Of a stretch of 64,000 nt of DNA, positions 19,668 to 29,965 are shown one piece after another. Numbering within the stretch: the stretch's first letter is position 1; each line of letters starts with the position of its first letter. Origin of the DNA: an uncultured bacterium. Its GTDB lineage: Bacteria; Desulfobacterota_D; UBA1144; Nemesobacterales; UBA2774. Below the pieces are notes generated by a model, which had not been told where the DNA came from, did no database searches, and saw only the letters and a list, made by a program, of their open reading frames with translations. Where the stretch lies: the NCBI GenBank assembly GCA_963705505.1, contig CAVPJU010000003.1:256001-320000 (forward strand), written 5' to 3'. Made by a program: the position numbers and the translations under genes.

Positions 19668-21494
19668 ATGGCAGATACGGCAAAAACACTCAAATCGGGA
19701 TCGGAGGGCATCGTATGGGACCTTTCCGATCTTTATTCCGGCCTCAACGACCCCCGTATTGAACGGGACCTAAAGGACCTGATAAAAAAATCCGAAGCGT
19801 TCGAGAAAAAATACAGGGGGAAAATAAATTCGAAGAACATAAGCGCCCCTACCCTCCTTAAGGCTGTCCGGGAGCTTGAGTCCATAAGCGAGCTCATAGG
19901 GAAGCTCCTTTCGTTCGCATACTTGATTTTTGCCGCCGACACCGCAAAGCCCGAGCACGGCGCGTTCCTGCAAAAAATGCAGGAGAGGGCGACTGAGGCA
20001 AGAAAGTACCTGATGTTCTTCGAGCTCGAATGGGTGGCTTTAAAAAACGCGAAAGCGGAAAAGCTGATAAACGATAAGAGGCTTTCCGATTACCGCCATT
20101 TTCTCGAGCAGGAAAGGCGTTATAAACCCCACAGGCTGAGCGAGCCCGAAGAAAAGATAATGGACGAAAAAGCCAACACGGGTTCGAGGGCGTTCAAGCG
20201 ACTGTTCGACGAAGTGCTCAACAACATACGGTTTAAAGTGAAGCTCGAAGGGAAGGTCAAATCACTCAGCGAAACCGAGACGCTTGCGCTCCTATACGAC
20301 CCCGACCGTGCAAAACGTAAAGCGGCCGCCAGGGGGCTGACCGGAGGTCTCACCGAAAACTCGCACGTGCTGACATATATATTCAACACGCTCGTCCAGG
20401 ATCACGCCGTCAATGACCGCCTGCGCTCTTTCTCATACCCGATGGAGTCCCGGCATCTCGACAATGAGATAGATAAAAAAACCGTCTCCGCACTGATGAC
20501 CTCCTGTGAAAAGAACTACGAGATGGTCGAAACCTATTACAACCTCAAAAAGAAACTCCTGGGGCTCGGGAAGTTCTACGATTATGACCGTTATTCCCCC
20601 ATTTTTTCAGAATCGAAAACAATCAAATACAAGGACGGGAAAGAGATCATCCTCTCGTCGTTTGAAAAATTCTCCCCGAAGATGGCCGGTATAGCGGATA
20701 AATTTTTCCAAGGGAACTGGATCGACGCCGAGATAAGGGACGGGAAGCGGGGAGGCGCGTTCAGCCACGGCACTGTCCCGAGCGCACACCCGTATGTATT
20801 CATGAACTACACCGGGAAGCTCCGGGACGTCATGACGCTCGCGCATGAGCTCGGACACGGAGTGCACCAATACCTTTCGAGAAAGCAGGGGTATTTCCAG
20901 TCGAACACCCCGCTTACGACGGCAGAGACCGCAAGCGTTTTTGCCGAGATCCTCGTATTTCATAAACTGACCGAGACGGAGAAGGACCCGAGGACTAAGC
21001 TTTCTCTCATCTGCAGCAAGCTCGAGGATATATTCGCCACCGTTTTCCGCCAGGTGGTGCTGACGAGGTTCGAGGAAAGCCTTCACATGAGGAGAAGGGA
21101 AAAGGGCGAGCTTCCGCAGGAAGAGATAAATAAATTATGGATTGAAGCGAATAGGCCGATGTTCGGGAAGTCGGTCGAGCTCACGGAAGATTACAGCCGC
21201 TGGTGGATGTACATACCCCACTTCATTCACTCCCCCTTTTACTGCTACGCATATTCGTTCGGGGAGCTCCTCGTGCTCGCGCTCTACAGTAAATATCTGA
21301 ACGAAGGCGATAAATTCGTCCCGCGCTATATAGAGATGCTCTCCTCGGGGGGGAGCGTCGCGCCCGATAAGCTGCTCGCGCGGGTGGGTGTGGATATAAT
21401 GGACCCGGGATTCTGGCAGGGCGGTCTCGGCCTGCTTAAAGATATGGTCACGGACGCGGTAAAGCTCTCGGATAGGGTGGATAAAGCGGACTGA
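19668..21494 (+). CDS. pepF: Oligoendopeptidase F (peptidase M3B)
   Basis: WDLSDLY, GKRGGAF, HELGHGVH zinc motif, HFIHSPFYCYAY. Confidence 0.93.
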   Translation: MADTAKTLKSGSEGIVWDLSDLYSGLNDPRIERDLKDLIKKSEAFEKKYRGKINSKNISAPTLLKAVRELESISELIGKLLSFAYLIFAADTAKPEHGAFLQKMQERATEARKYLMFFELEWVALKNAKAEKLINDKRLSDYRHFLEQERRYKPHRLSEPEEKIMDEKANTGSRAFKRLFDEVLNNIRFKVKLEGKVKSLSETETLALLYDPDRAKRKAAARGLTGGLTENSHVLTYIFNTLVQDHAVNDRLRSFSYPMESRHLDNEIDKKTVSALMTSCEKNYEMVETYYNLKKKLLGLGKFYDYDRYSPIFSESKTIKYKDGKEIILSSFEKFSPKMAGIADKFFQGNWIDAEIRDGKRGGAFSHGTVPSAHPYVFMNYTGKLRDVMTLAHELGHGVHQYLSRKQGYFQSNTPLTTAETASVFAEILVFHKLTETEKDPRTKLSLICSKLEDIFATVFRQVVLTRFEESLHMRRREKGELPQEEINKLWIEANRPMFGKSVELTEDYSRWWMYIPHFIHSPFYCYAYSFGELLVLALYSKYLNEGDKFVPRYIEMLSSGGSVAPDKLLARVGVDIMDPGFWQGGLGLLKDMVTDAVKLSDRVDKAD

Positions 21495-21535
21495 CTGATC
21501 TGATGTAATACCGGGAAGCCCCTTTACAGGGACAA

Positions 21536-23482
21536 TTAATTGGTTTCAGCAAGGACACCGTACAGGACATCGCTTAATTTCTGCATCTCGTAGGGCTTTG
21601 GCAAGACTCCTTTAAACCCGTACTTTTGATACTTTTCCAGAATGGGATCGCTCGAATAGCCGCTCGAAACGATCGCTTTTACACCGGGATCGAAATTGAG
21701 AAGCTTCTCGATAGCCTCTTTTCCGCCCATTCCGCCGGGAACCGTCAAATCCATGATCACCGTATCGAAGGGTTTCCCTTCCACCTTTGCCCTCTTGTAG
21801 AGTCTCAAAGCCTCGCTCCCGTCTCTTGCGAATTCGACTTCATAGCCTATATGGGTCAGCATTTCGCCCGCGGCTTCCCTCACCTCGATCTTATCATCCA
21901 TGATGAGGACCCTGCCCCTGCCCCTCTTTATTGCCCGGTCTATTATAGCTTCAGCGCTAACGGCAAGGCCCTTCGCGGGAAGGTATATAACGAATTTTGT
22001 GCCGACATGAAGCTCGGAATCCACCGTGACATAACCGCCGTGATTCTTTATGATCGAATACGAGGTGGCGAGACCCAGACCGCTCCCGGTCTGTTTGGTC
22101 GTAAAGTAGGGATCGAATATCCTTGACAAATACTCTTTCGGAATACCGATGCCTTCATCCGCGATCGTCGTCTTGACGTATTTACCTTCATCGAGGGGGA
22201 TCCCCTTCTCTCTCCTCGCATCGACGTTTTCAATTTTTATGGTGATTTTTCCTTCGTTAGTCATCGCCTGTGCGGCGTTAATCAACATATTGCTTATTAC
22301 CTGGCTTATCTGTCCCTCGTCTATTTCCACTGTCCAGAGCTTTTCATCCACGATAAAGTGGAAATCTATATTCGAACCGCTCATCGTAAAGTTGGCTGTT
22401 TCCCTTATAACCTTTTCGAGCGACATCGTGACCCTGTTCTCCAGCGTTCCGCCTTTGGAAAAAGTCAGAAGCTGGGTAGATAAGTCCTTCGCCTTGTGAC
22501 ATGCCCTAAGGGCTTGAAACAGCCTCTGCTTAACCTTTTCATCCGATATATCGGGCAGTGAGCTTAGAGAGATATTCCCCATTATCGATGTGAGCAGGTT
22601 ATTGAAATCGTGCGCGACTCCGCCCGCAAGCACTCCGATAGATTCCAGTTTTTGTACTTTGAGGAGCTCTTCTTCCAGTTTTTTCAATTCGGTTATATCT
22701 CTGAATACAAGCACGACTCCTATGATAATCCCGTCCCTGTCGCGGATAGGGGAGCTGCTTGCCGAAACGTACCTGCACCCTTCTCTTCCTTTAGTGATAA
22801 GTACGGTGCCGCTCTCGAGACCCACAACATTATTGGCATTTATCGCCTTGTTTACGGGGTTCTCTTTCGGCTCTCCAGTCTCGACATTAACAATGAAGAA
22901 AACATCTTCTATGAATTTCCCCAGGGCTTCCGAATTAGACCAGCCGGTTAAGCGCTCGGCAATCCTGTTTATGAGTACTACCTTTCCCTCGGTATCGGTC
23001 GCGATCACTCCGTCCCCGATCGAGCTGAGAGTGACAGCCAGACGCTCTTTCTCTTCAAACAACGCCTGTTCGATCTTCGTTCTGTTATTGATTTCCCTCT
23101 GCCTCTCGAGCGCATATCTTATCGAGCGGGTCAACTGATTGATGTCGACTTCCCCTTTTATCAGGTAGTCCTGGGCTCCGAGCTGTACCGCTTTCACGGC
23201 AAGCTCTTCATCGCTCACACCGGTAAGAACAATAACGGGGATTTCGGGATAACGCTCATGCAATACGGAAAACGATTTCAGCCCTTCGCTGTCGGGAAGC
23301 TGCAAGTCTAATAAAACCAGATCAAAATTGCCGTGCTCCAGTATCTCTAGACTTCTTGCGAGCGTACTGACACATTCGATCTTGAATTTAATATTCTTCG
23401 CTCCTCCCAGCTTTTTCTCGACGAGCCTGGAGTAGCTTTCGTTATCCTCGATCAATAATGTTTTAACTGAGCCTGCAGACAT
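21536..23482 (-). CDS. Hybrid sensor histidine kinase (REC-PAS-HisKA-HATPase-REC), cytoplasmic
   Basis: H-box AHDFNNLL, N-box NAAQAM, G boxes DEGIGI and GSGLGLA, receiver domains at both ends, no TM segment. Confidence 0.93.
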   Translation of the reverse strand: MSAGSVKTLLIEDNESYSRLVEKKLGGAKNIKFKIECVSTLARSLEILEHGNFDLVLLDLQLPDSEGLKSFSVLHERYPEIPVIVLTGVSDEELAVKAVQLGAQDYLIKGEVDINQLTRSIRYALERQREINNRTKIEQALFEEKERLAVTLSSIGDGVIATDTEGKVVLINRIAERLTGWSNSEALGKFIEDVFFIVNVETGEPKENPVNKAINANNVVGLESGTVLITKGREGCRYVSASSSPIRDRDGIIIGVVLVFRDITELKKLEEELLKVQKLESIGVLAGGVAHDFNNLLTSIMGNISLSSLPDISDEKVKQRLFQALRACHKAKDLSTQLLTFSKGGTLENRVTMSLEKVIRETANFTMSGSNIDFHFIVDEKLWTVEIDEGQISQVISNMLINAAQAMTNEGKITIKIENVDARREKGIPLDEGKYVKTTIADEGIGIPKEYLSRIFDPYFTTKQTGSGLGLATSYSIIKNHGGYVTVDSELHVGTKFVIYLPAKGLAVSAEAIIDRAIKRGRGRVLIMDDKIEVREAAGEMLTHIGYEVEFARDGSEALRLYKRAKVEGKPFDTVIMDLTVPGGMGGKEAIEKLLNFDPGVKAIVSSGYSSDPILEKYQKYGFKGVLPKPYEMQKLSDVLYGVLAETN

Positions 23483-23549
23483 TTAATTCTCCGAATCGAA
23501 GTTTTCACAACTGATGCATTTCGGGAATAGTTCAATCTATTTAGATGGT

Positions 23550-23565
23550 TGCAAAAACCGTACCA
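23550..23565 (-). promoter_or_regulatory. Sigma54 (-24/-12) promoter of the hybrid kinase gene
   Basis: Minus strand TGGTACG-GTTT-TTGCA matches TGGCACG-N4-TTGC with exact spacing, about 70 bp upstream of the ATG. Confidence 0.7.
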
Positions 23566-23745
23566 TTATCAATAATCATCATAATTTATTGACATTAAAT
23601 ATTAATTTGCAGACTGTGCAAAAATTGTCCGCCACTTAATTGACAAAATACGTAATTTTCATTTCTTCCGACAACAAACCTTTGTCAACTCGGACAAGAT
23701 ATAGTATGGGGGGAATAATAAATCGTCACTATAGAGAACGGTCTT

Positions 23746-25047
23746 TCACTTATTCAAGCTGTTAAAATTCAAGACCTTCCCTTTAGAGATATCGTCCTTC
23801 TTATTCTTCTCATCGTACATCAGCTCATCGGCCTTAACCAAAAGCCTGTCGATAGAAGACGGGACTCTGGGATCAAAGTTTGCTATCCCGAAACTAAAAG
23901 ATAAGTGATAAGGTCTCGTGCCCTTGGAGTTATGCCTGTCGAGATTTTCATGTATGCGCCGTCTGATGGAATCCTCTCCATTTCCGTCGGAATCAGTCGT
24001 CAGGGCTACGAATTCATCCCCGCTTATCCTGGCCGTAACGTCTGAGCTCCGGAAAGTCTGCTTTAATACCGCGGCGGCATCGATTAACGCCTGATCTCCC
24101 ACATTATGCCCGTAGGCGTCGTTAATTTGCTTGAGTCCGTCCAAATCGAGAAGGATGAGCAGCACCTGCTCCTTTCTCCTCTCCGCCGCTTTGATATGAT
24201 GCTCGGCAAAAGTCAGAAACCCGCGCCTGTTATAAAGACCTGTCAGGTCGTCGGTTATCGAAAGACTGCGGAGTCGTTCCTCCATTTTTTTCCGTTCCGT
24301 AATATCGCGGGAATTCGCAATTACACCCAGCCCACCCGACACCGGAGGACACATCTTTCCTATGGATTCGATAGTAAGCCAGTAACCCTCCTTATGCCTG
24401 ACGCGGAACTCGGTTGAATAAAGGCGGTCCTGATTCTGCAGGCCTTCGGTAAAGGTATCTAAAACCCGCGGCAAATCCTCCGGGTGGACGAATTCAAATA
24501 TCCTCTTGCCCACCAGGTCGTCGTCGTCGTAACCCAGTACGCGCTTATGCGAGGGGCTGACATATTTCATCGTACCGTCTACATCCATTACCGTTATAAG
24601 GTCCAATGTATTCTCTATAAGCAGTTTAAACCTTTCTTCCGTAGACTTTACGGCATCTTCTGCTTTTTTGCGCTCTATCGCATACATGATCGAGCGTACA
24701 AGGAGTCTCGCATCCACCTGTCCCTTCATCAGATAATCCTGAGCGCCCAACTGTACGGCCTTCAGGGCCAAAGATTCGTCATCCGTCCCCGTGAGCACTA
24801 TAATGGGGACCTCCGTAACTTCGCTGATACTGAGCAGGGTATCTATATTCCCGCTATCCGGCAGGTCGAGGTCGAGAAGAATAAGATCGATCCCCCCTTT
24901 GGAGGCCCTTTCATATCCTCCGGAGAATGTATCGTGATGCTCCACTTCCATCGTTGAGGACGTCTTTTTGGATAGAATCCTCTTTATTAATTGCGCATAA
25001 TCCAGGTTATCCTCGATCAGTAATATTTTTATGTTTTGCATATTCAT
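23746..25047 (-). CDS. Diguanylate cyclase (REC-PAS-GGDEF; SGDEF variant)
   Basis: TDDLTGLYNRRG, DLDGLKQINDAYGHNVGD, I-site RSSD, active-site ISGDEF. Confidence 0.9.
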   Translation of the reverse strand: MNMQNIKILLIEDNLDYAQLIKRILSKKTSSTMEVEHHDTFSGGYERASKGGIDLILLDLDLPDSGNIDTLLSISEVTEVPIIVLTGTDDESLALKAVQLGAQDYLMKGQVDARLLVRSIMYAIERKKAEDAVKSTEERFKLLIENTLDLITVMDVDGTMKYVSPSHKRVLGYDDDDLVGKRIFEFVHPEDLPRVLDTFTEGLQNQDRLYSTEFRVRHKEGYWLTIESIGKMCPPVSGGLGVIANSRDITERKKMEERLRSLSITDDLTGLYNRRGFLTFAEHHIKAAERRKEQVLLILLDLDGLKQINDAYGHNVGDQALIDAAAVLKQTFRSSDVTARISGDEFVALTTDSDGNGEDSIRRRIHENLDRHNSKGTRPYHLSFSFGIANFDPRVPSSIDRLLVKADELMYDEKNKKDDISKGKVLNFNSLNK

Positions 25048-25302
25048 TTTCGATAGAATCTTACAGCATAAGCCGGCAATTAGAGTAAAACCATGCTCCG
25101 TCGTTCACTTCGCCGCGAGAACGAGCACGTCGGCATTGAACACAAGCGAGTCAAACGAATGCGGGAAACCCCTGAAATGGCGTTTCTAACATACACCATG
25201 GCTTGTCTCCGAATATTGCGCTTATGGCCGCTCATATGCTTCCGGTCAACTTAGCTCGGGATCAATCCTCCTTGCCGATACAGAATTACCTTAAAATATA
25301 GA

Positions 25303-25318
25303 TACAAAAAACATGCCA
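25303..25318 (-). promoter_or_regulatory. Possible sigma54 promoter of the diguanylate cyclase gene
   Basis: Minus strand TGGCATG-TTTT-TTGTA. The -24 element and spacing fit, but -12 reads GT rather than GC. Confidence 0.45.
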
Positions 25319-25581
25319 ATAAACGCATTTTATTTCTTTGACATAACACTTTGTAACAACTGGACAATTTCGAATTATTAATTACTCTCGCGGCACTGGT
25401 TTGATTTTGAAGAGACAATATTTGTCCGTTCTTTCCATATTTGTCATTCAAATTATATTTCTTACCACTGTCGATGAAAAAATCGCTCCGGCTGACAACT
25501 CATATTTAAACCCATAAATCTCCCAGCCTCGGGACATATCAATGAAGTTAGATGATATAATCTTGCGTCAGGAGACACGAA

Positions 25582-26211
25582 ATGAAACTGCTGGTCATAG
25601 GAGCAACGAGGGGGATAGGGGCGCAGCTTTCGGAGCAGGCGCATAAGCGGGGGCACGTGATCACCGCACTTGTAAGGAATCCGGAAAAAATCAAGTTTAA
25701 CACCGGAGCTCTCAACGTAATCGGAGGCGATATAAGGGACAAGGATTCCGTAGGCACGGCGGCAGCCGGTCAGGACGCGGTATGTATCACGATCGGCATC
25801 GGGCCTACATTCAAACCCGTGACAGTCTTTTCCGAGGGGACTAAGAACGTCGTAGAGGCGATGAAAAAGGAGAACGTCCAAAAATTGGTATGCGTCACAG
25901 GGATCGGTGCCGGGGATAGCAAAAACCACGGGGGGTTTCTTTACGACAAGCTCGTTTTCCCGATCTTTCTAAATACGATTTACAGGGACAAGAACATTCA
26001 GGAATTGATAGTAAGGCAGTCATCCCTGCAATGGCTTATAGTCAGACCGGGGTTTTTAACAAACGGCCCCATAACCGGCAAATACAGAGTCCTCACGGAT
26101 TTGACGGGTGTGACTTGCGGGAACATCTCGCGCGGGGACGTCGCGCACTTCATCCTCGGGGAGCTCGAAACCATGGAGCATTTCGGACAGACACCGCTCC
26201 TGACTTATTGA
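25582..26211 (+). CDS. NAD(P)-binding oxidoreductase (flavin reductase / atypical SDR family)
   Basis: GATRGIG Rossmann motif, WLIVRPGFLTNG, ISRGDVAHF. Confidence 0.85.
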   Translation: MKLLVIGATRGIGAQLSEQAHKRGHVITALVRNPEKIKFNTGALNVIGGDIRDKDSVGTAAAGQDAVCITIGIGPTFKPVTVFSEGTKNVVEAMKKENVQKLVCVTGIGAGDSKNHGGFLYDKLVFPIFLNTIYRDKNIQELIVRQSSLQWLIVRPGFLTNGPITGKYRVLTDLTGVTCGNISRGDVAHFILGELETMEHFGQTPLLTY

Positions 26212-26333
26212 ATGAGAATAATCGAATTATTGTCGTTCCATCTGAATTTTTGATTAAGAATATGGAATATTCGGCAATCCCTGTATTATAATAGTTCAAA
26301 AAATATCAAGCGCGGAACAAACAGGAAACTTAT

Positions 26334-27314
26334 ATGCCCTCCATAGAAGAGACGAGACATCAGATGGTTCAGTTCGTTTTCCCCGAGCATGCGAATACAC
26401 ACGGGACCCTCTACGGAGGGAGGCTTATGGATTGGATAATGCTCGCGGGAAGCATAAACTCCTCGCGCACAGCGAGGGGGATAACGGTCCTGGGCTCGAC
26501 GGACAGTATTGATTTTTTAAACCCCGTAAAGGTCGGGGAGATAGTTACGCTTGACAGCGCGATCGAATACATAGGATCGAGCTCGATGGAAGTCGGTGTA
26601 ACCGTGCACTCCGAGAATCCCGAAACCCGGGAGAGGAGGCTCGCAACCTTTTCTCATATGGCTTTCATAGCCGTTGATAAGGACGGGAATCCGAGACCTA
26701 TCAAGGAGAAGATCACGCCTGCGGACGAGAGCGAAAAGACCCTCTACAGCGAAGCCAAAAAACGGAGGGAGCTGAGGATCCCTCAAATCGGGAAGAGGGA
26801 CGAACAGGCGAGGAATACAATTGACGAGACCGAGATAACGAGGATGCGTCTCGAGACGACGAAGGTGGTTCTGCCCGAAGACAGCTTCTACGGCAGCTTC
26901 ATGTCCGTGGGCAAGCTGATGCTCGATATAGACGAGACAGCCGCCATACTGGCTATGAGGTTCGTCAAGGGGGTGCTTGTGACCGGGTCCCTGGACGAGC
27001 TCTTTTTCTATTCACCCATCATGGTCGGGGACATAATAATTTTTAAGGCCGGCATCACGTATGTGGGGAACACGTCCCTCGAAGTCGGTATCAAGGTCCT
27101 TTCCGAAAACATCATGAGCGGCGAACAGAGACATACATGTACAGCGTTCCTGACCTTCGTACACGTAGGGGAGGACGGGGCGCCGAAACAGGTGCCGGTG
27201 TTCAGACCGGAGACCCCCGAAGAGAAAAGGCTCTGGAAGAAAGCACAGGAAAGAAAGGAAAAAAGGACTGAGAGGATAAAGCATATCCACGAAGTCCCGC
27301 CGCAATTCGGATAA
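26334..27314 (+). CDS. Acyl-CoA thioesterase (tandem hotdog domains)
   Basis: VFPEHANTHGTLYGGRLMDW and a second repeat VLPEDSFYGSFMSVGKLM; SSMEVGV / TSLEVGI. Confidence 0.88.
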   Translation: MPSIEETRHQMVQFVFPEHANTHGTLYGGRLMDWIMLAGSINSSRTARGITVLGSTDSIDFLNPVKVGEIVTLDSAIEYIGSSSMEVGVTVHSENPETRERRLATFSHMAFIAVDKDGNPRPIKEKITPADESEKTLYSEAKKRRELRIPQIGKRDEQARNTIDETEITRMRLETTKVVLPEDSFYGSFMSVGKLMLDIDETAAILAMRFVKGVLVTGSLDELFFYSPIMVGDIIIFKAGITYVGNTSLEVGIKVLSENIMSGEQRHTCTAFLTFVHVGEDGAPKQVPVFRPETPEEKRLWKKAQERKEKRTERIKHIHEVPPQFG

Positions 27315-27439
27315 CCTTCCCACCCTCTTGTATTTGTGTTACGATATCCTATTATTCCGCCTTAAATAGAGCTTATCCCTCTTTATACAATGAAATTCAG
27401 AGGTTCCCGTATGTTTATCTGCGGTGTGTGTGAATCTAG

Positions 27440-27871
27440 ATGAAATACAGAACTGTAGCTTTTCTCCTCGGCTTCCTCATTCTGGACATCGTCACCGTCC
27501 CGATAGACGAGTTTTCCTCGCACAGGGAAGTCCGCGGTCAGACAGATAAGCCCGCCGGTGTTACGGAAGAGAAAAAATACGTTTCCGACGACGGCATAGT
27601 CCACCTTCAGAGCCAGATGGATATAATGGATTTAATAAAGGCAATGAGCGAGATCAATGAAGAGCCTTATGTTATCGACGGATCCGTGAAGCCCAGGGAA
27701 ATAAGCATCATTACGCCTGAAGGCGGAATGAAAAAGGACGACGTGCTTATGTTCTTCGACACCGTGCTCCGTTTAAACGGTCTTGCAGTTGTGAAATCGG
27801 ACGGAATAAATAAGATCGTCAACTCAAGCGATATATCGGGAGCAAGCACTCCCGTCGAAACCGACAAGTAA
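27440..27871 (+). CDS. Exported protein consisting of a secretin (GspD) N0-like domain only
   Basis: Hydrophobic N-terminus, then MDIMDLIKAMSEINEEPYVIDGSVK...ISIITP...FFDTVLRLNGLAVVKSDGINKIV, matching the GspD N0 pattern; stop follows immediately. Confidence 0.65.
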   Translation: MKYRTVAFLLGFLILDIVTVPIDEFSSHREVRGQTDKPAGVTEEKKYVSDDGIVHLQSQMDIMDLIKAMSEINEEPYVIDGSVKPREISIITPEGGMKKDDVLMFFDTVLRLNGLAVVKSDGINKIVNSSDISGASTPVETDK

Positions 27872-27891
27872 AACTAGGATATTAAAAACCC

Positions 27892-28800
27892 TCAGAAAAC
27901 AGGCGTTTCCCTCTTTTCGCTCCGGATAATCAGAAAATTCGAAAGTAGAATAAAGACACCGCCGAATAATATATATATACCGATATGCTGTGATAAGAAA
28001 ATCCATGCAATGACTGTAGCGCTCACGGGCTCGAGCAACAGTATGATTCCCGCAACGGATGCGGAGATCCTTTCAAGGGATCTATAAAAAAGCAGATGAG
28101 GAATTGCGCCCCCTAAAAGGGCAAATGCTGCGAGATACGCCCAGCTTGCCGGGGCCAGGCTGAGCGATAGCTTCACGAGACCCTTATCCGCAATCAGAAG
28201 GTCCAAGACCGGCAGGAGAAGCAAAAGCCAGAGGGAGGCAAAGCCAGACCATCCGAAAGTCGTCGTTATGTAGTGCTGGTCGAGCATAGCGCTCCTCTTG
28301 CCGAGAATGACCCAGAGAGACAGCAGCACTCCCGCGGCAAGCGCGGCGATTATCCCCGCTACGGAACCCACCGCACCCGCCTCCCATGATTTCAACAGAA
28401 TAACCATTCCGGCAAGACCGAGGAGAGCAGACCCGAGCTTAACGAGCGTTATCTTCTCCCCGAGGATCAGCCTTCCTATAAATATTGTCCAGACAGGCTG
28501 AGTGTAGAGAAGGAGGACAGTAAGCGCGACGGGCACTCCGAGAGCTATGCCTGAGAACAAAAGCAGCTCCAGGAGACCGCCTATAAGCCCGTAAACGGCG
28601 TAAAAAATAATTTTATCCCTCTTCAGCATGTAACGGGGCTTTATCAGAACAACAGGGAGGAGAAAGACGAATACGAGGAGTGACCTGTAAAACGTTACTT
28701 CATATAGGGACAGCCCCCTTTCCATCAGGAACTGCCCGCCGGGCGTTATGGTTCCGTATAAGATCCCCGCGAAAACTATAAACCAGTATTCCTTTTGCAT
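27892..28800 (-). CDS. EamA/DMT family transporter
   Basis: About 10 TM helices, LLLYTQPVWT, LLEPVSA. Confidence 0.9.
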   Translation of the reverse strand: MQKEYWFIVFAGILYGTITPGGQFLMERGLSLYEVTFYRSLLVFVFLLPVVLIKPRYMLKRDKIIFYAVYGLIGGLLELLLFSGIALGVPVALTVLLLYTQPVWTIFIGRLILGEKITLVKLGSALLGLAGMVILLKSWEAGAVGSVAGIIAALAAGVLLSLWVILGKRSAMLDQHYITTTFGWSGFASLWLLLLLPVLDLLIADKGLVKLSLSLAPASWAYLAAFALLGGAIPHLLFYRSLERISASVAGIILLLEPVSATVIAWIFLSQHIGIYILFGGVFILLSNFLIIRSEKRETPVF

Positions 28801-28879
28801 AAGTCAGATTTTATAAATTGAGAGGTTCCCGATTACGAGAGACAATAAGGAAACTACGTTTTTATAAGTCCCCTTCTCT

Positions 28880-29965
28880 CTAGGTTAAATCCCTGAGCCT
28901 CGGCATGACCTCTTCGACAAGGAGTTTCATCGACCTCACCCATTTGTCCCTCGGCTTCCATTCGTGTCCCATTACGAGGAGCACGCCGAACCCGCCCACA
29001 TATTCGTAAAGCTCCCTGATTTTTTGAACGGCATCGTCGGGACTCCCGACAATCCAAAGATTGTCCATCATGTATTCAGGGGTCACCTGAGCGTCCGACA
29101 TCCCCTTGTCGGTCTTAAAGATATCCAGGTTCCCCCTGATCTTGGGAACCATCTTAAAAAAATAATCCGTAAAATCCCTGGCCAGAGTACCTTCCCGCAC
29201 CTCCCTCCTCGCTTCCTCCGTAGTTTCCGCGATATATATATCCCTCGCGACACGCCAGAGCGACTTACCGGGCTTCCTGCCCGCGCTTGCCGCGCCTTCT
29301 TCTACGGACGCCCAGTGTGTCCTCAATACGTCCCTGGTGATAAAATTTATGCTCATAGGAATCCAGCCGTTCGCGCCTGCGATCCTGAGGGTGCCGGAGC
29401 TCGGGGTAATTCCGGCTACCGCGATCGGGGGATGGGGCTTCTGATACGGCTTTGTGTGCACGCCGAGACCGACGTCCGACTGAGGCTCAGGGATGGTGAA
29501 ATTCCATCTCCTGTTCTGATACTTCCCGGGCCTGGGGTCTTTCCACAGGTTCAATATGAATTCGAGGGATTCGTTCGTCAGATCCCTTTGCTCCCCCGAT
29601 TTGGCGTCGATCCCGAACGCTTCGAAATCCCCGATAAAACTCCCTGCGCCCACACCCCAGTAAAACCTCCCCTTCGCAAGATGGTCGAGCACAGCGATCC
29701 TGTGGGCGAGCACGAACGGGTCGTGATCGGGAAGGCAGGAGACGCCCGTGCCAAGGATTATGTTCTTTGTCAGCGGGATTGCTTTCGCTATGAGGAGATC
29801 GGGGGCGGCTATGTTCTCCCAGCCGGCCGTAAAGTGCTCGCCGATCCAGGCTTCCCTGAACCCGAGCTCATCCAGGATAATAATCTGCTCTAGGTCTTCA
29901 TCGAGGGTTTGCGTGAGGTTCGAACCCGCCGGATGAAGCGGCATCGTAAAGTAGCCTATTTCCAA
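28880..29965 (-). CDS. LLM class flavin-dependent monooxygenase (luciferase-like)
   Basis: EAWIGEHF, ILGTGV, LDHLAKGRF, IVGSPDD. Confidence 0.9.
   Translation of the reverse strand: MEIGYFTMPLHPAGSNLTQTLDEDLEQIIILDELGFREAWIGEHFTAGWENIAAPDLLIAKAIPLTKNIILGTGVSCLPDHDPFVLAHRIAVLDHLAKGRFYWGVGAGSFIGDFEAFGIDAKSGEQRDLTNESLEFILNLWKDPRPGKYQNRRWNFTIPEPQSDVGLGVHTKPYQKPHPPIAVAGITPSSGTLRIAGANGWIPMSINFITRDVLRTHWASVEEGAASAGRKPGKSLWRVARDIYIAETTEEARREVREGTLARDFTDYFFKMVPKIRGNLDIFKTDKGMSDAQVTPEYMMDNLWIVGSPDDAVQKIRELYEYVGGFGVLLVMGHEWKPRDKWVRSMKLLVEEVMPRLRDLT

Noticed and set aside
25080..25235. Small minus-strand ORF (MVYVRNAISG..., about 39-51 aa) in the diguanylate cyclase leader
   Set aside because: It has a GGAG upstream but no recognisable features; it cannot be distinguished from chance without conservation data.
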